A stretch of 64,000 nt of DNA from Oscillospiraceae bacterium (GCA_021203345.1 JAJQBJ010000068.1:9336-73335); one strand, 5' to 3'; positions 1 through 9,213 are shown, counted from the stretch's first letter. Notes: generated from the letters alone by a model not told the origin. A program made the numbers and translations.

Positions 1-168
1 GTGCGGCTGGAGTCCAGACCCATCCCGGAGCATAGCTGGGAGTATATGTTCTTTACGGAGTTTTTGGGGAACCTGACAGACCCGGAGATGGACGGCGTGA
101 TGCACGAGCTGACCCAGACCACCGAGGATTTGCGGGTGTTTGGAAACTTTCAGGCAAATTTGGATTGA
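1..168 (+). CDS. pheA: prephenate dehydratase-like protein, C-terminal ACT-domain fragment (5' end outside window)
   Basis: Frame-1 reading frame is open from the window edge to TGA at 166-168. The translation ...SWEYMFFTEF...LRVFGNFQANLD resembles the PheA regulatory C-terminus. The stop overlaps the next start (TTGA). Confidence 0.45.
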   Translation: MRLESRPIPEHSWEYMFFTEFLGNLTDPEMDGVMHELTQTTEDLRVFGNFQANLD

Positions 169-686
169 CGGGAGAGGTATTCTTGAAGAATATTGTTTTA
201 ATCGGCATGATGGGCTGCGGCAAAACCACCTGCGGCCAGATGCTCAGTGAAAGGCTGAACCGGCCTCTGGTGGATACGGACACCGTGATTATCCAGCGGG
301 AGGGCCGTTCCATCAACGACATTTTCGCCGCAGAGGGGGAGGAATACTTCCGCCAGCGGGAAATGGAGGTCGCCCGGGAGCTGGGCGGACAGGAGAACCT
401 GATCATCGCCACCGGCGGGGGCCTGCCCCTGCGGTGGGAAAACGCCGAGGCGCTGCGGCAAAACGGCGTTGTGGTCTGGCTGAAACGCGACCCGGCCTCC
501 ACCTTCGCTTCGGAGTCCATGGAAGGGCGGCCTCTGGCACAGGACGGGCAGGACGCCTTTGTCCAGCGGTTCCTCGACCGCTCGCCCAAATATGAACGGG
601 CCAGCCATGTAATCATCGAGGACTTTACCACGCCGGAAATCACGGTGGGCCTGATTCTACAGGCGGTCAGCGAGCAGAGTAAATAA
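165..686 (+). CDS. aroK: shikimate kinase
   Basis: 173-aa ORF with Walker A GMMGCGKTT and an LVDTD motif. Lies between pheA-like and aroE. The start may be TTG at 165 or TTG at 183. Confidence 0.88.
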   Translation: MTGEVFLKNIVLIGMMGCGKTTCGQMLSERLNRPLVDTDTVIIQREGRSINDIFAAEGEEYFRQREMEVARELGGQENLIIATGGGLPLRWENAEALRQNGVVVWLKRDPASTFASESMEGRPLAQDGQDAFVQRFLDRSPKYERASHVIIEDFTTPEITVGLILQAVSEQSK

Positions 687-720
687 GTATCATTTATTAT
701 CTATACAACAAAGGAGCGTA

Positions 721-1587
721 ATGAAAATGGCACAAAGAATTACAGGCCATACGGAGATGATCGGTCTGATTGCAACGCCGATTCGGCACAGCAAGTCCCC
801 CATGATGCACAACACCGCGTTTGAGGCCCTGGGGCTGGACTATGTGTATCTGGCCTTTGACGTGGCCCAGGAGCAGCTGGACGCTGTGGTGAAGGGCCTG
901 CGGGCCATGGAGGTGCGGGGCTTTAATGTCTCCATGCCCTACAAGACGGAGATTTTGAACTATCTGGATGAGATCGACTCCAGCGTGAAGCTCATCGGTT
1001 CCTGCAACACCGTGGTCAACGAGAGCGGGAAATTCTACGGCTACAACACCGATGGCATGGGCTATATGGCCGGTTTGAAGGACAACGGTTTTGACCCCGT
1101 TGGGAAAAAGCTGACGGTTCTCGGCTCCGGCGGCGCGGCCACCGCCATTGTGATGCAGGCGGCGCTGGACGGCGTGGCTGAAATCTCCATCTTCAACGGG
1201 AACGACCCCTTCTTTGCCCGGGCGGAACACAACGCCCAGGTCATCAACGAGAACACCGGCTGCAAGGCGGTGGTGTACAGGCTGGAGGATACCCAGCGGC
1301 TGAAGCAGGAAATTTCGGAGTCCTACATTCTGGCTAACGCCACCAATGTGGGCATGGGCGCTCTGGAGGGACAAAAGCTGATTCCGGATACCTCCTATCT
1401 GTATCCGGAGCTGATTGTCACGGATGTGGTCTATTCCCCGGCGGAGACGGCACTACTGAAAATGACGAAGGAGTATGGCTGCCGCACCATGAACGGTCTG
1501 CCCATGATGCTCTATCAGGGAGCCGCGGCCTTTAAGCTGTGGACAGGGAAGGATATGCCCATCGACGCGGTGAAGGCGGTTATCTGA
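721..1587 (+). CDS. aroE: shikimate (quinate) dehydrogenase
   Basis: 288-aa ORF with N-terminal IATPIRHSKSPMMHN and a GSGGAA dinucleotide loop, the typical AroE layout. Confidence 0.88.
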   Translation: MKMAQRITGHTEMIGLIATPIRHSKSPMMHNTAFEALGLDYVYLAFDVAQEQLDAVVKGLRAMEVRGFNVSMPYKTEILNYLDEIDSSVKLIGSCNTVVNESGKFYGYNTDGMGYMAGLKDNGFDPVGKKLTVLGSGGAATAIVMQAALDGVAEISIFNGNDPFFARAEHNAQVINENTGCKAVVYRLEDTQRLKQEISESYILANATNVGMGALEGQKLIPDTSYLYPELIVTDVVYSPAETALLKMTKEYGCRTMNGLPMMLYQGAAAFKLWTGKDMPIDAVKAVI

Positions 1588-1785
1588 TGAAATAACGGGA
1601 ACGGGGTTCGCTTTCTGCCAGATAGAGGGCGAACCCTGTTTTGAAAAATGGAGTGGAAGAACCTTACCGGAGGGCGCGTAAATCAATCTTTGTGACGGAA
1701 GAAAAAAGTGCTTGCCTTTTTGAAAAATTGTGTTATAATACTGTCTTGGAGATGCAAGGGAGCCTTTGCATACAAGAAAATATAT

Positions 1786-1861
1786 GGGCCTGTAGCTCAG
1801 CTGGGAGAGCGTTCGGTTCGCATCCGAGAGGTCGAGAGTTCGAGTCTCTTCAGGTCCACCA
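1786..1861 (+). tRNA. tRNA-Ala (anticodon CGC)
   Basis: 76-nt cloverleaf folded by hand. G3:U70 in the acceptor stem, anticodon loop TTCGCAT, T-loop TTCGAGT, encoded CCA. Confidence 0.9.
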
Positions 1862-1863
1862 TA

Positions 1864-1921
1864 ACCGGACACTGATTCTGATACCATGGGTATCGGAGTT
1901 GGTGTCCGGTTTCTTTTTTTG
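1864..1921 (+). terminator. intrinsic terminator after tRNA-Ala
   Basis: ACCGGACAC...GTGTCCGGT stem followed by TTCTTTTTTT. Confidence 0.7.
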
Positions 1922-1939
1922 CAGAGCGGGGGAAAATAC

Positions 1940-2295
1940 CCCTGGCAACCAACTCCGGCAACCAGGGGTAAAAAACCTCTCAACTAAACTCCGACATTTG
2001 TTTTCGCTCTGTTTTTGCGTTTTGCTTTTTCTTTAAAAAGTTGGTTGCTTTGGTTGCCGTTATCAACCAACTATTAAAATAATAATTAAATTTAATTTAT
2101 TTTAAAGGTTTTGGGAACTTATTTGCATAAAATGCTGACCTGTCCCGGCAACCAAGTCGGCAACCAACCCGGCAATCATCCCGGCAACCAACTGCACAAA
2201 TCATGTCGTTCACTCCTGCGGCATCTCCGGCTGTTTGACTTCTTCGGTCAATTCCCGGAATTTGTCGCTCGTTGTCGGAAGTTGGTTGCAGGGGG
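1940..2295. repeat. iteron-like field of GGCAACCAA(C/G)T motifs flanking an AT-rich block
   Basis: At least 9 copies or near-copies on both strands. These include four tandem 12-nt units at 2146-2193 (GGCAACCAAGTC/GGCAACCAACCC/GGCAATCATCCC/GGCAACCAACTG) and inverted copies near 2041-2059 and 2281. An AT-rich tract spans 2075-2110. Confidence 0.6.
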
Positions 2296-2520
2296 GGAAA
2301 CACATTCATCACATTCAACTTCCCGGAAAATAAAAGGCACCTGACCTTCATCAGATGCCTCGCTGGTAATGCAAGAAACCCAAGCGCTTGTTGTTGAGTG
2401 CCTGGGTTTCCTGTATGTTATCATGTATTCAATTTTCGGCGCGATAAACTGGAGCCTTCTTTAATTTCTGTCCCTGCATGTAGCCATTTGTTGCTATTGT
2501 TACCGTGACAGGCTTATTTT

Positions 2521-2997
2521 TCATTGACCGACTGCTTTGCTTGCAAAGCCCTTGTAACCTTCATCCATTGCCGTTTTAAGCGCAATATCTCCACCTTTCA
2601 GCCACAGACTTGCAAGGTAGAGCATCCCGCACATACAGGCGAACTTGTCATAATAATTTCCATAATTCGCCTCATATATGAATTGATTCTGCTTCGTAAT
2701 ATCCTGTTCAACAAGCGCAGATTTAAGCTTTTCTCTGCTTCGTTCAAACACAGCCAAAAGCTCCTTGCTTTGCCAATCCACCGTGTCAATATCTTTTGCA
2801 TCGTATGAAAGCAGGTGTGCAAACCCCTCATCAAATGTAATGGCATCCAGACTCTCTCGATAATCCGCCCCTTTCAGGACTTCTGTTAAACCTTCTGAAT
2901 GAGAATGAAGCAGCACATGGCACAGTTCGTGCGACAAAAGATTCTGGGTAACCTGTGCAATATCGCAGTTGCCGATATATTTTGTCCAGCAAACCAA
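2521..2997 (-). pseudogene. HExxH zinc-peptidase-like protein, probably N-terminally truncated
   Basis: 158-aa ORF with an HELCH motif near its N-terminus. An in-frame TAG lies 21 nt upstream of the TTG start. The ORF begins 46 nt from the degenerate terminal CRISPR repeat. Confidence 0.35.
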
Positions 2998-3042
2998 GTG
3001 GGGGCGACAAGTAAACTAAAATCAGATGAAAATATATGTACT

Positions 3043-3619
3043 AATTTCAATCCGCGATTCCCGTGAGGGGAGCGACGCGGGAACACCGTCTACATCTTCC
3101 CATCGCAGCTATTTCAATCCACGCTCCCCGTGAGGGGAGCGACGGCGTGGCCATCGACGATTACCGTTTCACGATCATATTTCAATCCACGCTCCCCGCG
3201 AGGGGAGCGACTATTGCGGCGGATGAGGAGGCCGCAAAGCTGTTTGAATTTCAATCCACGCTCCCCGCGAGGGGAGCGACAGTCCACGCCGCTCATATTT
3301 GCGCTCCACATTTTGTATTTCAATCCACGCTCCCCGCGAGGGGAGCGACGCAAGCACCCTTGTATCAGGGGCGGCGACGTTCCAATTTCAATCCACGCTC
3401 CCCGCGAGGGGAGCGACATGATGTTTTGGTATGGTGGAGGGTTTTCCCGGTATTTCAATCCACGCTCCCCGTGAGGGGAGCGACCCAGGTCACGGTAGGC
3501 CACCACCTGCTTTCGGTTATTTCAATCCACGCTCCCCGTGAGGGGAGCGACCAGATTGAGTTGATGATGCGGCAGGTGAAGCTGGGCATTTCAATCCACG
3601 CTCCCCGTGAGGGGAGCGA
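3043..3619 (-). CRISPR. type I-C CRISPR array, 9 repeats / 8 spacers (34-36 nt)
   Basis: The 33-nt repeat read on the minus strand is GTCGCTCCCCTCACGGGGAGCGTGGATTGAAAT, the I-C signature with a 7-bp hairpin and ATTGAAAT tail. Repeats start (plus strand) at 3043, 3110, 3178, 3247, 3316, 3384, 3451, 3518 and 3587. The cas-distal repeat at 3043 has 3 mismatches. Confidence 0.97.
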
Positions 3620-3800
3620 CAGCAAAAATGCACAAAAATCATTGGAAAAAGAAGTGCATTTTTGCGACAAATAATTGGCCGAAGGGTCAAAGCAGCGGCG
3701 GAAACTGAGAAAAAAAGTTCCCAAACCGGCCTGTTTCAACCGTTCAGACCGCGCGAACGGGGCGGTGTTTTCATGTTCGCTTGCCGTTCGCGCCCGGGGC
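3620..3800 (-). promoter_or_regulatory. CRISPR leader
   Basis: 181-bp non-coding stretch between the cas2 stop and the first repeat. It contains an AAAAATGCAC...GTGCATTTTT inverted repeat. The promoter was not confidently located. Confidence 0.5.
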
Positions 3801-4091
3801 TCAGAGAATCAGCGGCCCGGCGGCATCATAGCCGCACTTGGCCCCAAAATGCTCGATCCGATTGTGGTAGTTGTTTCCAAGATTATAAAAGCGAAGGCTG
3901 TCTCGCTCCATATCAATGATATCACAGAGCTTTGCTTTGAGCAATCGGTATTGAGCCGCATCCAAGGAACATTCAAATACCGAATTTTGCACCCGTTGAC
4001 CGTAATTGACGCACTGCTTGGCCAGCTTACGCAGGCGGCGCTGTCCGGAAGCATCCTCAGTGTTCACGTCATAAGCAATCACAACAAGCAT
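3801..4091 (-). CDS. cas2: CRISPR-associated endoribonuclease Cas2
   Basis: MLVVIAYDV... N-terminus typical of Cas2; 96 aa. Follows cas1 directly. Confidence 0.9.
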   Translation of the reverse strand: MLVVIAYDVNTEDASGQRRLRKLAKQCVNYGQRVQNSVFECSLDAAQYRLLKAKLCDIIDMERDSLRFYNLGNNYHNRIEHFGAKCGYDAAGPLIL

Positions 4092-4098
4092 GGCAACC

Positions 4099-5130
4099 TC
4101 ACTTCCACAAAAACGGCGGATATCCGTCCAAATCATCCCGGAGATACCGGGCTAGCAATAGCGCCTGCACATAGGGAACCAGTCCCCAGGGCAGCTTTTC
4201 CTTTAGAAACGGATGAGTAATGACAGTCTGCTTCCGCTCCTGCCAGGCCCGTTGTACCTTCTTGCGGCCATCTCCGGCCAGAAAAACAGCGCCGTTTTCC
4301 TGCTCCTCAAAATCCTTCTCGGATATCTCCTGATTGTTGATGAGGGTCAGTACAAACCGGTCTGCCATACAGGGCCGCAGTTCCTCCAGCAGATCCTGTG
4401 CCAGGGAGGTTCGGCCGGGGCGATCCCGGTGGAGGAAGCCTACATAGGCGTCCAGCCCCACCATTTCCAGCGCCGAAGCACATTCATTGCCCAGCATGGT
4501 GTAGACAAAGGACAGCAGCGCATTGACCCGGTCAAGCGGCGGGCGGCGGCTCCGTCCGTGGAAGAAAAAATCCTCCTTGTTGCGTAAAATCATGTCATCG
4601 AACAGACCAAAATACAGGTTGGCTCCAGCACCCTCCAGCCCCCGCAAAGCATCCAGGGAGGTTTCATCCATCACCTGAGGCAGCAGTCCCCGCATTTGGT
4701 CGGAAACGGTCAGGAACTGCTGGGTATCCAGCCGGGGCGCATGATCCCGGCGTGCCCGATCCAACACCTGGCGGGCGTTGCTCAGCTTGCCGAAAATCAT
4801 GTTCCGGGCGATACGGCAGCTCTGTAAAGGGTCGTCCGCCACCCGGTATTGGGTTCAGCGCAGAAGCACATTCCCCTGGCTCATGCCGCAGGTTCGGGCC
4901 AGAAACCGACCCCGCGGGGTCAGAAAGACCAGATTCACGTTTTCCCGGGCGCATTTGCCCATCAGAGCGGGGGAGGCTCCGGGGTAAGTGAACAGGAAAA
5001 TACCCTCCAAAATGTGCAGAGGAAACCGACCAAGAATTTCCTCACCCTTGCGAATCACCACGTTTTCCCCGTCCAGCGTGGCGTAGGCGTCCTCCACGGT
5101 GACGAACAGCGTGTTCAGCAAATGTCTCAC
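4099..5130 (-). pseudogene. cas1: Cas1 (I-C) interrupted by a single in-frame TGA (codon 92, coordinates 4855-4857)
   Basis: The GTG start at 5130 overlaps the cas4 stop (GTGA). The 343-codon frame reads ...GNVLLR*TQYRVADDPL... and is otherwise intact, matching Cas1 length and N- and C-terminal motifs (LLNTLFVT ... YPPFLWK). Confidence 0.85.
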
Positions 5131-5786
5131 GGTTCCTTCAGCTCCCCTCTCAGATACTCTGTTACACTGGGGCTTTTTGCCAGACGTGGCAGGCACAAAT
5201 CCTTCAAGGAACAGGCATTGCACCCCTTTGACGGCTTGCTCCTGGGCGTATATCCCCGCTGGAACAGCTGGTGCATTTCCGCAGCTGATTGTTCCACCAA
5301 AGTCCGCAACTCCGGGGTGAAGGACACCTCCTGCCGCCGCCGGGGCTGCCCGTAAAACAGCGCCCCCGCCGGGATGGTGCAGCACAGCATTTCCTCCAGA
5401 CATATCGCCTGGGCGCAGAGCTGTGCTTCATCGCAGGCGGTGGGCTTTGCCTTGCCCCGCTTGTATTTAACGGGGTAAGGATTCCAAAGCCCCTTGGCCT
5501 CTGCCAGCGGCACGCCCTCCGGTGAGCGCCGGAATTCCACCACGTCGCACTCCCCGGACAGACCCAGCCGGGCCGAGTGAACCCGCATGGCCCGCACTGT
5601 CAGCAAATCTCCCCGAAGGGTGCGTAGTTCTCCGTCGTGGGCGTTCTTGTGCAGTAAATCGCCCTCCACCGTGCGGATGTTTTCCGCCCACTGCTGTTCC
5701 AGATGAATCAATGCCCATTGGCGGCGGCAAAAGACAAAGTGCTGGATGCCGGAGAGGGGGAGGTAGTCGGATTCGTCAAATGCCAT
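5127..5786 (-). CDS. cas4: Cas4 RecB-like exonuclease
   Basis: 219 aa with a C-terminal Cys cluster (CNACSLKDLC) and an N-terminal FVFCRRQW motif. Position matches the I-C operon. Confidence 0.9.
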   Translation of the reverse strand: MAFDESDYLPLSGIQHFVFCRRQWALIHLEQQWAENIRTVEGDLLHKNAHDGELRTLRGDLLTVRAMRVHSARLGLSGECDVVEFRRSPEGVPLAEAKGLWNPYPVKYKRGKAKPTACDEAQLCAQAICLEEMLCCTIPAGALFYGQPRRRQEVSFTPELRTLVEQSAAEMHQLFQRGYTPRSKPSKGCNACSLKDLCLPRLAKSPSVTEYLRGELKEP

Positions 5787-6612
5787 CGATCACTTCCGGC
5801 TCCAGACCGGGCAGCGGCTCCAAAGTGATTTCATAGTCCTCCACCGAAGTAGGCAGGGCAGAGGGATCTCTTTGAACCACTTTGACGGAACGATGTACCC
5901 GGGCAGAGGAATACTGCCCCTCTTTGCAGTTGTGTTCCCACCAATAGAGCTGTACGACCTCCATGGAGCCATCCGGACGGGCAGAAGAGGCGTCGTTGAC
6001 AAATAGCGTCCGCAGACACTCCTTGACGGTTTCAGCATCATTCTGGGTGAAGCCCGTCTTTTCTGCCAGCTGCACATTGATGGAGCCTTTGACCTTGTAC
6101 AGACCGAAGCGCACAAAATGCTTCATGCCCATACGGTCAGAGGACAGCTTCTCCTTCTTTTCTCCGTTGACACTTTTGGTGATCTGCATATCAGCCACCT
6201 GAATGGGAGAAGCGCTGACTGCCTGATGGATGGAGACGGGGCCGCGAACCCCCACGGAAACGCCCTTGGCATCCCCAAAGGCAAACACCTGTCCAAAGGA
6301 ACGCACATCCAGCCAGGTTTCACAGGCTTTTTTTGCATAGGCCTCCCGGTCAGTCATCTTGCCCAGCTTACTTGCCCGCTCACTGAGACTTTTGCAGCCA
6401 TCGGCGCACCGTTCCTCCGACTGGACAAAAATCGGGTTGCCCAGATCCTGCATCCGATTGCGGATTTTCCGCTTGATGCACACGTCAGACATCTCGCCAT
6501 ATCCGTTGTAATCGGTGCGGGGGCTGTTGCCGTTCAGGGGATCGCCGTTGGCGTTGGCCATAGTCACGGAGAGCAGGGCCACAAAGTCGATTTTATGCTC
6601 TAATACGCTCAT
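5776..6612 (-). CDS. cas7: Cas7 (Csd2), type I-C backbone subunit
   Basis: 278 aa with an ...ANANGDPLNGN... N-terminal motif typical of Csd2/Cas7. Confidence 0.9.
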   Translation of the reverse strand: MSVLEHKIDFVALLSVTMANANGDPLNGNSPRTDYNGYGEMSDVCIKRKIRNRMQDLGNPIFVQSEERCADGCKSLSERASKLGKMTDREAYAKKACETWLDVRSFGQVFAFGDAKGVSVGVRGPVSIHQAVSASPIQVADMQITKSVNGEKKEKLSSDRMGMKHFVRFGLYKVKGSINVQLAEKTGFTQNDAETVKECLRTLFVNDASSARPDGSMEVVQLYWWEHNCKEGQYSSARVHRSVKVVQRDPSALPTSVEDYEITLEPLPGLEPEVIDGI

Positions 6613-6626
6613 GTTCTGTTACCTCC

Positions 6627-7028
6627 TTATTGTTCTTCCGCTGTCACTTCGGCGGTGGGTTCGTTTGCTTCTTCCTTGGGTTTCCGGTAGGCTCGCTGAT
6701 TATGGTACCCTAACACATAGGTATCCTCCAGCTTTCGATTCAGATTCTCGTCATGCAAGGAGAAATTATCCATAATTTCATCAACCTGGTTCTTGTAATA
6801 TGCACGCAGACGTGACGGCAGCTTCTGATAATAGGGACGTAAACGCTCCTCCAAAACGACCCAAGTGTGCATTGGCTGCTGTACAAAGATCGATTGCAGT
6901 CGGATGGCGTTGGGTTGACGGCTCTCCTTATCCTTGTCGTCATAGGTGCTCCATTCTACAGCCTCCGCAATAGCCAGCAGACGGCCAAAGAGATAGCTTC
7001 GATCAGTTTCATTTTTGTCCAAAGACAT
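6627..7028 (-). CDS. cas11: candidate Cas11c small subunit from an internal start within cas8c
   Basis: In-frame ATG at 7028 is preceded by AGGAGG (7042-7037) with 8-nt spacing. The product would be 133 aa (MSLDKNETDRSYLFG...). Internal cas11 translation is established for I-C. Confidence 0.5.
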   Translation of the reverse strand: MSLDKNETDRSYLFGRLLAIAEAVEWSTYDDKDKESRQPNAIRLQSIFVQQPMHTWVVLEERLRPYYQKLPSRLRAYYKNQVDEIMDNFSLHDENLNRKLEDTYVLGYHNQRAYRKPKEEANEPTAEVTAEEQ

Positions 7029-8429
7029 CCCGTATTCCTCCTTTGTGGTGTCAAAATGGTATTTTCGGATGGCTGCACAGGTGAGAAACAGCAGCCGTTG
7101 GCGTTCTTCACGAGGCAGCAGCTGCAAGTTGGATGCCCGCTGCACCAGCAGACGTTCTATATCCACCGGGAAAATTGCCCGGTCTACCCGGCAGGACACC
7201 AGCCGCTGAACCTGTTGCTTCAAAATCCTGTCGTCCACGACCCATTTGTTTTCCCGGTAATTGCCGAACGCGCAGGTTACCAGCCAGTACAGGGCGGGGG
7301 ACTGAATACCAAATATGCCATTTACCCAGCAGCAGCTGGCATCCCAATCGTACAAACGTTGCAGAAAGTCCGAGGCCAGAAGCTCGTTGTAATAGGTCAG
7401 CGCCAGCCGCCCTGTGGTGGCTGCATCAAAGGCAGCAATGACTACGCCTGCATTTTCCGGTAAATCTGTTTGCCAGCCGGAGAGGGTTTCCCGTAGCTGC
7501 TTTTGATATTCGGTGGGATTTTTGGCACTGGGCTGATTTCGACGGTCCGGCCGGGTCATTGCGTTGGTAGGGGCGGGAACCGGCTTGCCCTGGGGATTCC
7601 AGCAGAGGAAGGTGCGTCCGCCCATGGTTACCCCTTGGTTGTCCGCCAGCCAGCGCAGGGCGTTGTGGGCTTTTTGAGAGGCGGTATACCCTACGGTGGC
7701 TGCTTGCCAGCTCTCGTCAAAGCGCCCCCGGTAGGTAAAGCCGCTGCTGTCATTGGCGGAGATTAGCTTGGCGTTACCATTGGCAGGGATGATACCCTTG
7801 ATGTGCTGTTTGGCCAGCACATCCCAGTCCCCGGAAATCATGCAGAGGTTTTGTGTCCAGCCCTCTTTTCGACTGGCGTAATATTGGCTGAAGGACTCCA
7901 TCAGCCCCCGATTTGTCCAGCACGGCCCACTGTCAGCAGCGTCCAGCCCCAGTATCACCCAGCGCACCAGTGCCTTTTCATTTTTCGGATACCCCTTTTC
8001 GTCCAAGGTAATCACACCTGCCCGTACAAGGTCATCCAAAATGGTTTCTCCCTGAATATAGGTCAAAACCGGCTGCAACTGAGGGTGGGTGTAAGGTGAT
8101 GCAGCCCAGTCCGCCAGCTGCTCCACATACAGCGTATGTTTTTTCTCCACGCAGGGAGCCAGGTAAGCCAGCTGGTCGCACAGCGGATGAGCGCAGGCGG
8201 CACTGGTGCGTCCGGCAGAGTCCTCCGTTACAGGAATGACGATTTTAGGCTCTGTTTTTTCCACTGCTCTGGCGGACAGGAAGTGACCGTCCTGATCCAG
8301 TGTGATTTCGATGTCTGCCCGGGTGGTAATATACCCCAGAGGAGCCAGAGTGACTTTATCCTGGTATTCTACACCGGCCAGATATTGAAAGGTATCGTAG
8401 GTTTCACAGGCTTTTTGCAATAATCCCAT
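6627..8429 (-). CDS. cas8c: Cas8c (Csd1), type I-C large subunit
   Basis: 600-aa ORF between cas5c and cas7. Size and position are diagnostic for I-C. Confidence 0.88.
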   Translation of the reverse strand: MGLLQKACETYDTFQYLAGVEYQDKVTLAPLGYITTRADIEITLDQDGHFLSARAVEKTEPKIVIPVTEDSAGRTSAACAHPLCDQLAYLAPCVEKKHTLYVEQLADWAASPYTHPQLQPVLTYIQGETILDDLVRAGVITLDEKGYPKNEKALVRWVILGLDAADSGPCWTNRGLMESFSQYYASRKEGWTQNLCMISGDWDVLAKQHIKGIIPANGNAKLISANDSSGFTYRGRFDESWQAATVGYTASQKAHNALRWLADNQGVTMGGRTFLCWNPQGKPVPAPTNAMTRPDRRNQPSAKNPTEYQKQLRETLSGWQTDLPENAGVVIAAFDAATTGRLALTYYNELLASDFLQRLYDWDASCCWVNGIFGIQSPALYWLVTCAFGNYRENKWVVDDRILKQQVQRLVSCRVDRAIFPVDIERLLVQRASNLQLLPREERQRLLFLTCAAIRKYHFDTTKEEYGMSLDKNETDRSYLFGRLLAIAEAVEWSTYDDKDKESRQPNAIRLQSIFVQQPMHTWVVLEERLRPYYQKLPSRLRAYYKNQVDEIMDNFSLHDENLNRKLEDTYVLGYHNQRAYRKPKEEANEPTAEVTAEEQ

Positions 8430-8432
8430 GCA

Positions 8433-9158
8433 TCACGCCTCCTTAAATTCCGTCAGTCCGGAGAAATTATCCTGTTCGACACCGAAGGGCTTGATCTCCA
8501 TGGAGCGCAGCGGCTTGGTCAGGGGACATTCCTCAGGCCGGACAAAAGAAATTATGCCTTTTTTCATGGTGGGATACCAGAATCGGGCAGTCATTTGGTT
8601 GGCTGTTTCCGGAGAATAGGCTTCGTCGGCGTAGGTAATGCCGTGGTACATCAGACCAAAGCTCAACTCCGGCAGTTCGTCGTAGGCGCCAGACCCTTCC
8701 CCGAACACACAAGGCTCCACATAGCCCTGACACTCCCGGGCACCCAAAAAGATATCTCTCCGGCCCCCTTTTTGAATCATCCGTTTGGCGATGTTGTGAT
8801 GTTTTTCCTCGTTGCGGTCCCCAGCAAGCTCCGGGCGATTCTCGTTCCATTCAAAGTGGGCGCGTACCTGATAGCGGCAGTTTTTCAGGTAGGTGTAGAA
8901 GGACAGATCGTTGCTGCCACTTGTGTATTTGATTGGGCGGATGCCCTTGACCTCTGTCTGGATCTGGTTCATCACGCGGACTGCATCCACGATCCATATA
9001 AGGGTGGGCTTCCAATATGTGGAAGATAATATACCCTTCAGTCCTTCATAAGTGGGCACCTGGTAGGTATATTTCTCTCCGCCTACCCGCATGATCGGGT
9101 CAGAGAATAGAGCGTAGTCGCCAGAGACTTCAAACTCTACGACGTTCGGATACTTCAT
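8433..9158 (-). CDS. cas5: Cas5c (Cas5d) pre-crRNA endoribonuclease/Cascade subunit
   Basis: 241 aa with MKYPNVVEFEVSGDYALFSDP... typical of Cas5d. It is the first gene after the cas3 gap. No cas6 is present, as expected for I-C. Confidence 0.9.
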   Translation of the reverse strand: MKYPNVVEFEVSGDYALFSDPIMRVGGEKYTYQVPTYEGLKGILSSTYWKPTLIWIVDAVRVMNQIQTEVKGIRPIKYTSGSNDLSFYTYLKNCRYQVRAHFEWNENRPELAGDRNEEKHHNIAKRMIQKGGRRDIFLGARECQGYVEPCVFGEGSGAYDELPELSFGLMYHGITYADEAYSPETANQMTARFWYPTMKKGIISFVRPEECPLTKPLRSMEIKPFGVEQDNFSGLTEFKEA

Positions 9159-9190
9159 TGCATGGATACGCCTCCAATTACTTTTTTTGT

Positions 9191-9210
9191 TTCATTTGAT
9201 GGGCTGTATA
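9191..9210 (+). promoter_or_regulatory. TTC-PAM plus 17-nt partial protospacer matching the crRNA-like RNA; overlaps the cascade-operon TSS
   Basis: TTC (9191-9193) is followed by ATTTGATGGGCTGTATA (9194-9210). The spacer of the crRNA-like gene reads ATTTGATGGGCAGTATA. That is 16/17 identity, with the only internal mismatch at position 12. Confidence 0.6.
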
Positions 9211-9213
9211 AAA

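Noticed and set aside
2111-2344. 77-aa ORF encoding PGNQ repeats
   Set aside because: Its repeat periodicity comes from the 12-nt DNA iterons. There is no RBS and it overlaps an equally long antisense ORF.
3063-3674. ORFs with periodic FQSTLPARGAT / PRSPRGER peptides
   Set aside because: These are translations of the CRISPR repeats. The periodicity equals repeat plus spacer length.
4855-4857. Alternative genetic code (TGA = Trp or Gly) as the explanation for the in-frame TGAs in cas1 and the crotonase
   Set aside because: TGA is clearly used as a genuine stop in well-delimited genes in the same window (cas4, purE, aroE, athL-like, pheA tail).
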